Origin: Pyrinomonadaceae bacterium
Lineage (GTDB): Bacteria > Acidobacteriota > Blastocatellia > Pyrinomonadales > Pyrinomonadaceae
NCBI GenBank assembly: GCA_035474235.1
Contig: DATINM010000051.1
Span: 40,437-104,436, forward strand
Direction: 5' to 3'
DNA: 64,000 nt
The position numbers and the translations under genes were made by a program. The notes beneath the pieces are model-generated. The model worked only from the letters and a program-made list of their open reading frames with translations, was not told where the DNA came from and did no database searches. Below are positions 10,360 to 19,968 of this stretch, one piece after another (positions within the stretch are counted from its first letter, which is position 1; every line of letters begins with the position of its first letter).

Positions 10360-11598
10360 TTACCGCGGAGGATTCTGAGGGTTCTGCTGCTGGTCGTCCG
10401 TGCGGCGCTTGAGTTGCGGCTTGTCGTCTTCCTTCTTCTCGGCGGGCTTCGACGGATCGTCGGTCGTCGAGTCGTCGGGCGTCGGCGAGCGGCGCTTGAG
10501 CGTCGGGCGACCCGTAGAGCCGTCGTCGCCGGGCGAGATGTCGCCGGTCGTCGAGGCGCGCGCGTTCGACAGGCGCATCAGGCGCGCCTTGACGCGCTGG
10601 AACTCCGAAGTACTGACGACGTACTCCTCGCGTTCGGGGAAGCGTGCGATGAGGGCGCGGCTGGCCTCCATTCTGTCAACAGACTGCGGGTGCGTCTCGA
10701 AGAGTTTCGAGAACGTGCCGGGCTTCTTCTTATTCTTCGCCGCGAGCTTCTCGAACATCGTTGACATCGCGTTCGGGTCGTAGCCGGCGGCCCAGAGGTA
10801 TTCGACGCCGAGCATGTCGGCCTCGGACTCGGCGTTGCGGCTGAACTTCATGAAGCCGAGCAGCGCGCCGAACTGTGCGCCGTTGAGTATGGCCATGCCG
10901 CCGAGTCCGCCAAGGAAGATCGAGCCGACCGTCAGAAGTCCCTGCGCGATGTTCGCCTTCGTCTGGTTCTCCATCGCGTGACGCGCGGCGACGTGGCCGA
11001 TCTCGTGCGCCATGACGCCCGCGACCTCCGCCTCGTTGTCGGCGGCGAGAATGAGTCCCTTGTTGACGTAGAAGAACCCGCCGGGGAGCGCGAAGGCGTT
11101 GACCTCGTCGGAGTCTATGACCTTGATCGTGAAGGGCACTTTCGCGTCGGAGTGGAGCACGATGTTCTGGCCGACGCGGTTGATGTACTCGGTGATGACG
11201 GGGTCGTCAATGAACTTGGCCTCGCGGTCAACCTGTGCGGCGAGTTGCTGTCCGAGCCTGACCTCCTTGTCCATCCCGCCGCTCATGTGCGCGATGATGC
11301 CTTTGTTGATGTTGCGCTTGCCGACGAGCCGAGGGTCTTCCTCCTCAGAGAGCGGTTTGCCGGGGTTGCCCTTCGCGGGCTGTACGGAGGATGAAGACGG
11401 CTGCGCGCTTTCGTCGCCATCGCTTTTCGCGTCTTTCTTGTCGCTCTTGTCGCTCGAATCCTGCTTTGCTGTGGTGCCGCCCTGCGCCTGCGTGCTCTGC
11501 GCCTGAGTCTGCGGCAGCGCCAAAGCCGACAGCGAGCCGGCCCAAAGGCTGAAGATGAGCGCGAGGGCCGTTGACGTGCGGGACAATCTGTTGTGCAT
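10360..11598 (-). CDS. M48-family zinc metalloprotease (secreted or periplasmic)
   Basis: HEIGHVAARH (HExxH) followed by a downstream E. NAFALPGGFFYVNKGLI. Signal peptide after the ATG at 11598 (MHNRLSRTSTALALIFSLWAGSLSALA). The ORF-track 5' extension was discarded. Confidence 0.8.
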   Translation of the reverse strand: MHNRLSRTSTALALIFSLWAGSLSALALPQTQAQSTQAQGGTTAKQDSSDKSDKKDAKSDGDESAQPSSSSVQPAKGNPGKPLSEEEDPRLVGKRNINKGIIAHMSGGMDKEVRLGQQLAAQVDREAKFIDDPVITEYINRVGQNIVLHSDAKVPFTIKVIDSDEVNAFALPGGFFYVNKGLILAADNEAEVAGVMAHEIGHVAARHAMENQTKANIAQGLLTVGSIFLGGLGGMAILNGAQFGALLGFMKFSRNAESEADMLGVEYLWAAGYDPNAMSTMFEKLAAKNKKKPGTFSKLFETHPQSVDRMEASRALIARFPEREEYVVSTSEFQRVKARLMRLSNARASTTGDISPGDDGSTGRPTLKRRSPTPDDSTTDDPSKPAEKKEDDKPQLKRRTDDQQQNPQNPPR

Positions 11599-12037
11599 AA
11601 CTCGTGCCTCCAAAAACTTTTCAAACGCCTGTGGACGAAGGGAAGGAGGGCAAGCCTCTCCAAAGGAAACGACGGACGCCCGAATCGAAACTCTCTCCCC
11701 GCCGTCGGGTAAGGCCCGGCGATTCGGAGAGAGTATCCGGCAAGGCGTGACACTTTGATGCTGCCAATCGCGCCGTTGGTTGTGCAGGGCGGAGGCGGGA
11801 AGCATTCGCTTTCCGAGTCGAAAGTCCGGCACGCACGCGCAAGGCTCGACGGCGGCTCTTGACCTCATCCCGTTTGGAGGAGACGGACGGATTATACAGC
11901 TAAAAGCGCCGCGCGCGAGCTAAAAAACTTATTGATTGCGGTGCCGACGCGCCGCGTGTTAGATTCAAAATTGCCCGCCTTGCCTCACGCATCAGGGTTT
12001 TTTGTTTGAGCCATTTAGCCCGCCGCAAGTCACGCGC

Positions 12038-15019
12038 ATGAAACGCATACAGGATAAGATCAAGGATTTAGTCGAACCGCAATCATTCGAGCAAGTAGGG
12101 AATTTCGCAGAAGACCCGGCGCAGGCGCTTGCCGCCTACCGCTTCACGGACGTGACTTCTGACCTGCTGTCGCGCTGGCTCGACGCGCTCGCGAGTCTGC
12201 GGCCCGGAAGCGGGGCGGCGCACGCGCTCGCAGGCCCGCGCGGCGTCGGCAAGAGCCACACGCTCGCGGTCTTAGGCGCGCTGGCGGGTTCGGAGCGGCT
12301 GCGCTCGACTGTTCAGGACGGACACGTCACGGCGAGCGCGGAGCGACTCGCGGGGCGTCATTGCGTGGTCGCGCGGGTCGAGCGCGGCACGCGCCCGACT
12401 CTCGCAGAGGAGTTGGGGACGGCTTTTGCGCATCTGTTCGGCGGCAGCGAGTCTCAATGGGTTCGCTCGCCCACCGAGACGCTGGCGGTCGCGGCGTCGC
12501 GCGCGGCGGGCGAGACGCTGCTCGTAGTCATCGACACGGCCTTCAACCGGCCCGCGCGTGTCTCGCGCGACGACGGCCCGGCGCTCGCCGCTCTGGCGGA
12601 GGCGGCGAGCGAACTCAACGTCTTCCTCGCGCTCGCGCTCGACGACGACATCGCCGGCGCGGACGGCGCGAACGTCGCAGTGGCGGGCGCATACCGCATC
12701 GAGTACCTCGACCCGGAGAACCTGTACCGCGTCGCAGATCAGTACGTGCTCCGCAAGAAGCCGCAGGTCGGCGACGCGTTGCGCGAAATCTACCAATCCC
12801 TGCGCGCGACCGTTCACGAGTTCAACTGGAGTCAGGCGCGTTTCTCTTCGGTCTATCCCGTCCACCCGCTCGTCGCGGAGGTTGCTTCGGGCGTGCGGCT
12901 CTACGTCTCGACCTTCGCGTTTCTGCCGTTTGCGGCGACGGCTGCGGCGCGCGCAACGTCGCGCCCCGCGCTCTCGCTCGTGCTGCTCGACGAGGTGTTC
13001 GACGCCGCCGAGACGGGACTGCGCGAGGCCGTTGAGCTTCTGCGCGCGTTCGCCGCCTACGACCACCTGACCGAGCGCTGCATCGCGCGGCTGCCGATCA
13101 TGCAGCGCTATCAGGCTCGCCTGATCTTAAAGAGCCTCTTCGTCCTCTCGCTCGACGGTCGCGACGTGACGCCGGGCGAGATGTGCGCCGCGCTTCTGCT
13201 GACCGACGGCGAGACGGGCGACGACGCGCCGCGCCGCGCCGGAGAAATCCTCTCGCGTTTCGCGGCGGAGTCCGCGCCCGGAAGCCTCATACTCGCCGCA
13301 GGCCCCGGTGGCGAGACGCGCTATCGCTTCCACATCGCCGCGCTCGAAGCGTATGGAGCCGCGCCGCCCTCCGCTCAAAAAGCTTTCGCACAGCAGCCGT
13401 CGGAGGCCGTCGCCGAGAGCGTCGTCGTCGGCAGAGACGAAAGCTTTGCAGGGCTTGTTGACGAGAGCGAGGCTGTCTCGGAGTCGAATGCCGCGCCTGC
13501 CGCGACCGTCGTGCGAGATGAGGAACCGGCGGCTGAGGTCGTCCAAGCGGGCCGTGCGGACGCCTTGGCGGACTCGAACGAAAGAGTGGAGGCCGGGCAC
13601 GAAGTCGAGGCCGGGGCCGAAGCTGAAGTCAAAGCCGAGGCCGAAGGAGTCGAAGTAAAAGTTGACGGCGCTCGGACGGAAGCAAAAGTCGCTCATACGG
13701 AAGTCAAAGGCGGCGACGCCGAAGTTAAAGTCGGAAGCGGCGACGCTCAACTTGAAGAAAGAAGCGTCGGCGCTCAAGTCGAAGTCGGAGGCGTCGAGAT
13801 CGACGCGCTGCCGGAGCGGCTCGTCGAGTGGGCGCGGCTTCTGACGTTCAAGCCGACGCTCGGAACTATCGCCGGTCGCGACGCGCGCGAGGAAGTGAGC
13901 GCCGCGCTCGCCGGATGGCTCAGCCGTTGGCGCTCGCACGCACTCCAACAGAAGTTCGATGCGCTGCCGGACGGCTGTCTGACGACGCGCGTTTGGAAGG
14001 CCGAGGTCGAGGTGCGAAAGTCTTTCGGTCGCGCTGCGTCCGCCGTCGCCGACGCGCTCGACGGGAAGATTTCGTTCGAGGACGCGTTGACCCGCGTCGC
14101 AGAGGCTTTCAAAAATTCGCACGAGACTTTCGAGCGCCGCGCGCGCCTGCTCGAAGACCTGACGGAGTTTGTCGAGGGCTTCGCCGAACGCGAGCGCGTG
14201 CGCGCGTACCTCGCCACGGCTGAGGCGACCGGCGTCGGCGAGGCAGAGACGGCGCGGCGAGAACTTCTCGCGCTCGGCGATGACCCGAACAACTTTCTCG
14301 ATTCGGTGGCGCGCGAGCGCTTCCGAATGCTCTGGCAGGATTACAGCGCGCGGTACAGTGAGCATTACGCGGCAGTCCATGATAAAACTGTCGGCGCGGC
14401 GGAGGCGCGCGAGTCTCTACAGTCGCTGCGTCGCGGCGAGCGTTGGCGCGAGTTCGAGTCTCTGTCGCGCCTGCCCGTCGTCAGCACGCAGGTGTGGCGT
14501 CAGGCCGAGTCGCTGCTGCGTCGCGCGGGCGGCGTTCGTTGCGACTTGCCGGTGCGAAAGCTTTTAGAAGGCCGGCCTACGTGCGCGTGCCGTTTCCGGC
14601 TCTCGCAGGCCGACGAGCACGGAGACTTGCCGCAGGAGCTTGAGGCGCTGATGGATTGGGGACTCGCGGTCTATCGACGCACGCTCCTGCTGATCGGCGC
14701 GAACCTTGCAATCTCGCTCGACGCACTGGCGCGACGCGAGACGGACGAAGAGATGTCGCGCCGCGCGCGCACACTCTCGACCATGTTCGCGCAGTCGCGT
14801 GTGCCAGAAAGGTTCGCGCGGCAGGACGTTGAATTGGTCGAGCGCGCGCTGAAGCGTATGCCCTCGCCGCCGCCCGTCAAAGTAGTCGCGCCGAACGGCG
14901 ACGCCGGACTGCTCACGCGCGAGGAGTTGCGCTCGCGCTTCGAGCAGTGGCTCGACGAACTGCCCGAACGACCCGTGCTCATCGAGATCGTCTCGAAGGC
15001 CGAGATAAATGCCCCTTAA
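12038..15019 (+). CDS. Large P-loop NTPase of unknown function (N-terminus resembles BrxC/PglY/DUF6079-type ATPases)
   Basis: Walker A motif GPRGVGKSHTL about 70 aa in, preceded by IKDLVEP..FEQV....YRFTDVTSDLLSRWL. Walker-B-like LLVVIDTAF. Central E/V/K/A/G low-complexity insert. C-terminal Cys pair (RPTCACRF). The family assignment is from memory of the motif layout and is not verified. Confidence 0.6.
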   Translation: MKRIQDKIKDLVEPQSFEQVGNFAEDPAQALAAYRFTDVTSDLLSRWLDALASLRPGSGAAHALAGPRGVGKSHTLAVLGALAGSERLRSTVQDGHVTASAERLAGRHCVVARVERGTRPTLAEELGTAFAHLFGGSESQWVRSPTETLAVAASRAAGETLLVVIDTAFNRPARVSRDDGPALAALAEAASELNVFLALALDDDIAGADGANVAVAGAYRIEYLDPENLYRVADQYVLRKKPQVGDALREIYQSLRATVHEFNWSQARFSSVYPVHPLVAEVASGVRLYVSTFAFLPFAATAAARATSRPALSLVLLDEVFDAAETGLREAVELLRAFAAYDHLTERCIARLPIMQRYQARLILKSLFVLSLDGRDVTPGEMCAALLLTDGETGDDAPRRAGEILSRFAAESAPGSLILAAGPGGETRYRFHIAALEAYGAAPPSAQKAFAQQPSEAVAESVVVGRDESFAGLVDESEAVSESNAAPAATVVRDEEPAAEVVQAGRADALADSNERVEAGHEVEAGAEAEVKAEAEGVEVKVDGARTEAKVAHTEVKGGDAEVKVGSGDAQLEERSVGAQVEVGGVEIDALPERLVEWARLLTFKPTLGTIAGRDAREEVSAALAGWLSRWRSHALQQKFDALPDGCLTTRVWKAEVEVRKSFGRAASAVADALDGKISFEDALTRVAEAFKNSHETFERRARLLEDLTEFVEGFAERERVRAYLATAEATGVGEAETARRELLALGDDPNNFLDSVARERFRMLWQDYSARYSEHYAAVHDKTVGAAEARESLQSLRRGERWREFESLSRLPVVSTQVWRQAESLLRRAGGVRCDLPVRKLLEGRPTCACRFRLSQADEHGDLPQELEALMDWGLAVYRRTLLLIGANLAISLDALARRETDEEMSRRARTLSTMFAQSRVPERFARQDVELVERALKRMPSPPPVKVVAPNGDAGLLTREELRSRFEQWLDELPERPVLIEIVSKAEINAP

Positions 15020-16136
15020 AAAAGTAGTCAGCGATCAGCGGTCTGCAATCAGCCGGCGCGGAAAGCGTCGGCGAGTCGAAGAAGAGAAGGGAAGCGAGAG
15101 AGATTCCGCCTCCCTTTTTTCGCGCCCGGCTGTCGCTCCGACGCCACGCTCCGTCTCGTCGAAACGCGCGTCGTCGAAGCGCGGCGCAGCGTCGGGCCGC
15201 TCGACAACTCCGCGCCGCCAGAGTGTCGTCATCGTCGGCGCGGGACGACTCGGCACCGCGCTCGCACGAGCGCTCGCGGCGTGCGGCTACGATGTGCGCG
15301 CGTTGGTCGCGCGTAGCGATGCGAGCGCGCGGCGAGGCGCGGCGCGCGCGTGCGTGAAGGCGCGTGCGTTGGGCGTCGCGCGGCTCGAAGAGTTGCCGCC
15401 GTCGGACTTTCTGTTCATCTCGACGCCGGACGACGCCATCGAAGAGACGGCGCAACGCGTCGCCGCGCTCCCGGACGCGCGTGCGCGCATCGCGCTGCAC
15501 ACGAGCGGCGCACTCTCTTCGGAGGTGCTCACACCGCTTCGCGCGCGAGGCTACGCGGTTGGCTCGATGCACCCGCTCGTCGCAGTGACCGAAGCGGAAG
15601 CGGGCGCGGAGAGTCTGAGCCGCGCCTTCTACTGCGTCGAGGGCGACGCGCGGGCCGTGCGCGCGGCGCGACGCCTCGTGCGCGACCTCGGCGGGCGGAG
15701 TTTTTCAATCAGCGCGGGCGACAAGGCGCTCTATCACGCGGCGGCTTTAATCGCGGCGGGGCACGCCGTCGCGCTTTTCGACACGGCTGCCGGGCTGCTC
15801 GCGCGCTGTGGGCTTTCGGACGGCGAAGCGCGTAGAGTTCTTCTGCCGCTTCTGGCGAGCACGCTCGAAAACCTTTCGCGCTCGCCGCCGGAGCGCGCGT
15901 TGACGGGCACGTTCGCGCGCGGCGACGCCTCGACGGTTCGCAAGCACCTCGCCGCGCTCGGCGGGTCGGGAGACGCGGAAGCGCTCCTCGTTTACGCGCT
16001 GCTCGGCGCGCGGTCGCTTCGACTCGCGGCGCGGCGCGGAGTCGCGGACGCTTCGGCTTTGAAGGAGATCGCGATGCTGCTGGCCTCGGCCACTGTGAAC
16101 AGGGCGCAAGACCCGGAGCCTTCCGCGGGAAAATGA
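15009..16136 (+). CDS. Rossmann-fold oxidoreductase-like protein, DUF2520 type
   Basis: VVIVGAGRLGTALARALAACGYDV (GxGxxG) and C-terminal LTGTFARGDASTVRKHLAAL, typical of DUF2520. The N-terminal 70 aa or so are basic and low-complexity, so the start is uncertain. Confidence 0.65.
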   Translation: MPLKKVVSDQRSAISRRGKRRRVEEEKGSERDSASLFSRPAVAPTPRSVSSKRASSKRGAASGRSTTPRRQSVVIVGAGRLGTALARALAACGYDVRALVARSDASARRGAARACVKARALGVARLEELPPSDFLFISTPDDAIEETAQRVAALPDARARIALHTSGALSSEVLTPLRARGYAVGSMHPLVAVTEAEAGAESLSRAFYCVEGDARAVRAARRLVRDLGGRSFSISAGDKALYHAAALIAAGHAVALFDTAAGLLARCGLSDGEARRVLLPLLASTLENLSRSPPERALTGTFARGDASTVRKHLAALGGSGDAEALLVYALLGARSLRLAARRGVADASALKEIAMLLASATVNRAQDPEPSAGK

Positions 16137-16355
16137 CGAAGGGGAAAATATGAAAGTCGTCGCCGGACTCATCATCGACGCGATGTTTGCGTCGATCTTC
16201 TTTCGCCGGGTTCTGAACTTAAGCGCGCTCGGTTTTTGAGGCGCGGCACAGGCCGTCACTCGCTTGCGCCGCCGTCGGCATTGGCGCTAGAGTTTAACAG
16301 AGCTTCCCACGATCAATTTTTTGAAGTCGAACGCGAAAGGAAATCTCTGTCCTCG

Positions 16356-17789
16356 ATGCAGAACACGCCAAGCGCGAGTTACAGCCTGACGCTGCGAGTG
16401 AAACTCTCTTCACGCGCGGGCACTCTCGGAGAACTGACGACCGCAATCGGGCGAGCGGGCGGCGACATCGGCGCAATCGACATCGTAAGCGTCGGGCGCG
16501 ATGCAATCATCCGCGACCTGACGGTCAACGCGGGTTCGGCGGAGCACGGCAAGGCCATCGTCGAGGCCGCGCGCTCGGTTGACGGCGTCGAGGTCATAAA
16601 CGTCAGCGACCGTGTATTCCTGATGCACCTCGGCGGCAAGATCGAGGTCGTCTCGAAAGCGCCTCTGAAGACGCGCGCAGATCTCTCGATGGCGTACACG
16701 CCCGGAGTCGCACGCGTCTGCGAGGCCATCCACCGCGACCCGGAAAAAGCCTTCACGCTCACGATAAAGAAGAACACGGTCGCGGTCGTCACCGACGGAA
16801 CTGCCGTGCTCGGCCTCGGAGACATAGGGCCGGCGGCTGCGCTCCCGGTGATGGAGGGAAAGGCGATGCTCTTTAAGGAGTTCGCCGACGTTGACGCCTT
16901 CCCCATCTGCCTTGCGACGAAAGACCCTTCGGAGATAGTCGAAACCGTCAAGCGCATCTCGGTCGCCTTCGGCGGCATCAACCTCGAAGACATCTCCGCG
17001 CCCCGCTGCTTCGAGATCGAAGAGCGCCTCAAAGAAGAACTCGACATACCCGTATTTCACGACGACCAACACGGGACGGCGGTCGTCGTCCTCGCCGCGC
17101 TCATCAACGCCGTCAAGCTCGTCGGCAAACGCATGGAGGATTTGAAGGTCGTCGTCAACGGCGTCGGCGCGGCGGGCGTGGCCTGCACGAAGATCATCCT
17201 GAGCGCGGGCGTGCGAAACGTCGTCGGCTGCGATCAGCACGGCGCGATCTACGAAGGTCGCGCAGAGCACATGAACTGGGTCAAGGATCACTACGCGCGC
17301 ATCACGAACCCGCAGCGCGAGCGCGGCAACGTGCACGACGTGATTCGCGGCGCGGACGTTTTCTTCGGACTCTCCGTGCCGGGCGTGATTGATGTCGAGG
17401 ACGTTAAGCGCATGGCGAAAGACCCTATCGTCTTCGCGATGGCGAACCCGACGCCGGAGATAATGCCGGAAGAGGCCGCCGGCCACGTCGCGGTGATGGC
17501 GACGGGCAGAAGCGACTACCCCAACCAGATAAACAACGTGCTCTGCTTTCCGGGCATCTTCCGCGGCGCGCTTCAATGCCGCGCCTCGCGCATCAACGAG
17601 GAGATGAAGCTCGCCGCGGCACAGGCCATCGCCGGAATCATCACGCCCGAAGAACTCCACCCCGAATACATCGTCCCCTCGGTCTTCGACAAGCGAGTGG
17701 CCGAGGCCGTCGCGCGCGAAGTCGAAGAGGCCGCCTACCGCACGGGCGTCGCGCGCCGCGAGCGCACGCACGTTGACTCGTTGATGTAG
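16356..17789 (+). CDS. NAD(P)-dependent malic enzyme with an N-terminal ACT domain
   Basis: LSMAYTPGVARVCEAI, VVTDGTAVLGLGDIGP.AALPVMEGKA, NLEDISAPRCFEIE, VVNGVGAAG. The start was trimmed to the ATG at 16356. Confidence 0.9.
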   Translation: MQNTPSASYSLTLRVKLSSRAGTLGELTTAIGRAGGDIGAIDIVSVGRDAIIRDLTVNAGSAEHGKAIVEAARSVDGVEVINVSDRVFLMHLGGKIEVVSKAPLKTRADLSMAYTPGVARVCEAIHRDPEKAFTLTIKKNTVAVVTDGTAVLGLGDIGPAAALPVMEGKAMLFKEFADVDAFPICLATKDPSEIVETVKRISVAFGGINLEDISAPRCFEIEERLKEELDIPVFHDDQHGTAVVVLAALINAVKLVGKRMEDLKVVVNGVGAAGVACTKIILSAGVRNVVGCDQHGAIYEGRAEHMNWVKDHYARITNPQRERGNVHDVIRGADVFFGLSVPGVIDVEDVKRMAKDPIVFAMANPTPEIMPEEAAGHVAVMATGRSDYPNQINNVLCFPGIFRGALQCRASRINEEMKLAAAQAIAGIITPEELHPEYIVPSVFDKRVAEAVAREVEEAAYRTGVARRERTHVDSLM

Positions 17790-17838
17790 ACGCCAACGCA
17801 TCGAAGGCGGCTTCTCTCACTGCCGCCGCAAAAAATAG

Positions 17839-17866
17839 TTGCATCTATCCGATTCGGTGATATTGT
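17839..17866 (+). promoter_or_regulatory. Candidate sigma70-type promoter for the 17984 gene
   Basis: TTGCAT-16 nt-TATTGT about 120 nt upstream of an ATG that has an AAAGGAGAG Shine-Dalgarno (SD) sequence. Confidence 0.3.
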
Positions 17867-17983
17867 AGCCGCCGTCCTGCACGCAGTTTTACCCGCACGA
17901 GCCTTTACGCTGGAAGTAGTTTTCTCATACGCACTCTGCCCCGCCGAAAGGCGGGCCTCGCCCATACAAGAAAGGAGAGACGT

Positions 17984-19543
17984 ATGCTCTTCGGTTCCAC
18001 TATGCTCGAAGTCGCCATCGGCATGGTCTTCGTCTATCTCTTAATGAGCCTGCTGTGCTCGGCGCTTAACGAGTTGATCAACTCCCTGTTCAAGCTGCGC
18101 GCCAAAGATTTGGAGAAGGGAATCAAGAGGCTGCTCGACGGCAAGGCGGAGAGGAAAGGTCTGGGCAAGAAGCTATCCGACTTCTTCTCCGGCTTCGGCA
18201 GCCCGCGCGCCGTCGCCGTCGCCGGGGAAGAAGTCAGGGAAAGAGCCGGGAAGCTCTCCGCCCTTTTCTTCGACCACCCGCTCATCAGGCCCTTTTACGA
18301 AGACCGCAAGCCGTCCTACATCCCCGCGCGCACCTTCAGCCTCGCCCTCTGGAACATGGCTACGGAGGCGGCGAAGAAGGCGCGCAGCGCGCTCATCACG
18401 TCGCCGCCGGACGCATCCGGCGACGTTGTCGCGGGAGTGACGAGAAACCTGAAGGAACTGCGGGACACGATTGCCACTCTGCCGGACGAGGATCTGCCGA
18501 AGAGCCTCAAGCAATCGCTCGTCACGCTCATTGACGAAGCCGACAACGACTTCGACAGGGCGCGCGAGAACGTCGAGAAGTGGTACGACGACGCGATGGA
18601 TCGTGTCTCCGGCAAGTTTCGCCGACGCACGCAGTACATCCTCATCGCCCTCGGCTTCACCATCGCGCTCGTGATGAATGTGGACAGCTTCAACATCTTC
18701 AAGGCGCTCTGGAACAGCGGAGACTTGCGCAAATCGGTCGCCGACGTGGCCGAGACATACGCCAAGTCGCAGTTGCCGACGCCCACACCCACGCCGAACA
18801 CGGCGAGCGGCTCGACCACTCCGAGCGGCGGCGCAAACAACAACAGCAACAAAGGCACCAACACGAATACCGGCACGGGCGCGAGCACTAACGCCAACTC
18901 CAACAAGAACACCAACGCAAACGCCAACTCCAACAAGAACACTAACGCGAACACAAACACGAACACCAGCGCGAACACAAACACAAACACGAACATCAAC
19001 ACCAACGCGAACACCAACGCTGGCGCTGGCACGACGCCGACCAGTGAGGGTGAGTCTTCCGACGAGAAGGCGAAGTTCGACGCTGCCGTGAAGAGAATCA
19101 ATAATCTCCAAATGGAATTGAACGGACTCGGCCTGCCCATCGGTTGGGACTGCTCCAGAGTGCCGGTCGCGTCGGGAGACAACTCGAAAACCGGCACTGA
19201 CGCGAACGCAAACACAGGCACCAACACGAACGACAACACAAATGCCAACAAGAGCGCGAGCGTCAGCCCGACGCCGGCACCAAGGCCCGCCCGCCAGTGG
19301 AAGTGCTCGAACATCGCGGACAACCCGCGCGGCACGCCGCAGGGCCTCTTACCGTGGCTCTTGAAACTGGCCGGAATCTTCCTGACGGCGATGGCCGTCT
19401 CACAGGGAGCGCCCTTCTGGTTCGATATGCTCAACAAGTTGATCGTCATTCGCTCGACCGTCAAGCCGAACGAAAAGAGCCAGACGGAGGGAACCAAAGA
19501 CAAGAGCGCGAAGGACGGGGAAGAAGACGGCGGCGGCAAATAG
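17984..19543 (+). CDS. Integral membrane protein with a long Asn/Thr-rich low-complexity insert
   Basis: N-terminal TM segment (MLEVAIGMVFVYLLMSLLCSAL), mid TM segment (YILIALGFTIALVMNV), C-terminal TM segment (LLKLAGIFLTAMAVSQGAPFWFDMLNKL). There are two N/T/A/S repeat blocks. Good SD. No family recognised. Confidence 0.65.
   Translation: MLFGSTMLEVAIGMVFVYLLMSLLCSALNELINSLFKLRAKDLEKGIKRLLDGKAERKGLGKKLSDFFSGFGSPRAVAVAGEEVRERAGKLSALFFDHPLIRPFYEDRKPSYIPARTFSLALWNMATEAAKKARSALITSPPDASGDVVAGVTRNLKELRDTIATLPDEDLPKSLKQSLVTLIDEADNDFDRARENVEKWYDDAMDRVSGKFRRRTQYILIALGFTIALVMNVDSFNIFKALWNSGDLRKSVADVAETYAKSQLPTPTPTPNTASGSTTPSGGANNNSNKGTNTNTGTGASTNANSNKNTNANANSNKNTNANTNTNTSANTNTNTNINTNANTNAGAGTTPTSEGESSDEKAKFDAAVKRINNLQMELNGLGLPIGWDCSRVPVASGDNSKTGTDANANTGTNTNDNTNANKSASVSPTPAPRPARQWKCSNIADNPRGTPQGLLPWLLKLAGIFLTAMAVSQGAPFWFDMLNKLIVIRSTVKPNEKSQTEGTKDKSAKDGEEDGGGK
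18890..18949 (+). repeat. In-frame 30-nt tandem duplication inside a wider (AAC-RCN)n coding microsatellite
   Basis: AACGCCAACTCCAACAAGAACACCAACGCA followed directly by AACGCCAACTCCAACAAGAACACTAACGCG (2 mismatches). It encodes NANSNKNTNA twice. Confidence 0.85.
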
Positions 19544-19901
19544 AGCGTGAAGTTGAACAGCTTTCGGCTAAACGTCCGTCCGACGTGGCCGGGATAAAGT
19601 TTAGTGGCGAAAACAATCCCCGCCCTAAAAAGCACACGACGAGGCCGCGCGCGGCGCCCGCCGCGGCGCCCGCGCCCCGGCCCATCACCGGGGCCGCGGC
19701 ACAATCTCTCCCCGCGAGACGTGCCAGCGTCAATCGTTAACTAAAATGCCCATGTGGTATTCTCTCGCGCGTTCGCATCTTTGAAAATAAGGCAACGGTC
19801 TGATGCGTAACTCGGCCCCAATCTCAAGGGAGTGATGAGCGCCGCCGTTCGAGATGAAAGCAGGTTCATTCTCACGGCGAAACAGTTACGCGAGGATATT
19901 C

Positions 19902-19919
19902 TATACCGTCATCGGTATA
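19902..19919. promoter_or_regulatory. Candidate operator palindrome upstream of the XRE gene
   Basis: TATACCG-TCAT-CGGTATA about 50 nt upstream of the ATG at 19969. Confidence 0.25.
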
Positions 19920-19968
19920 AGGGCCAGTTTTTTCGTCTTATTGCTGTCCTGTCGGGAGGTAACTCCTG

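Noticed and set aside
19560-19968. A tRNA, integrase or attachment-site repeat marking the left border of the AT-richer island. The same search was made at 22986-23130 on the right border.
   Set aside because: No tRNA-like structure, recombinase ORF or matching direct repeat could be found by eye. The island boundaries therefore remain approximate.
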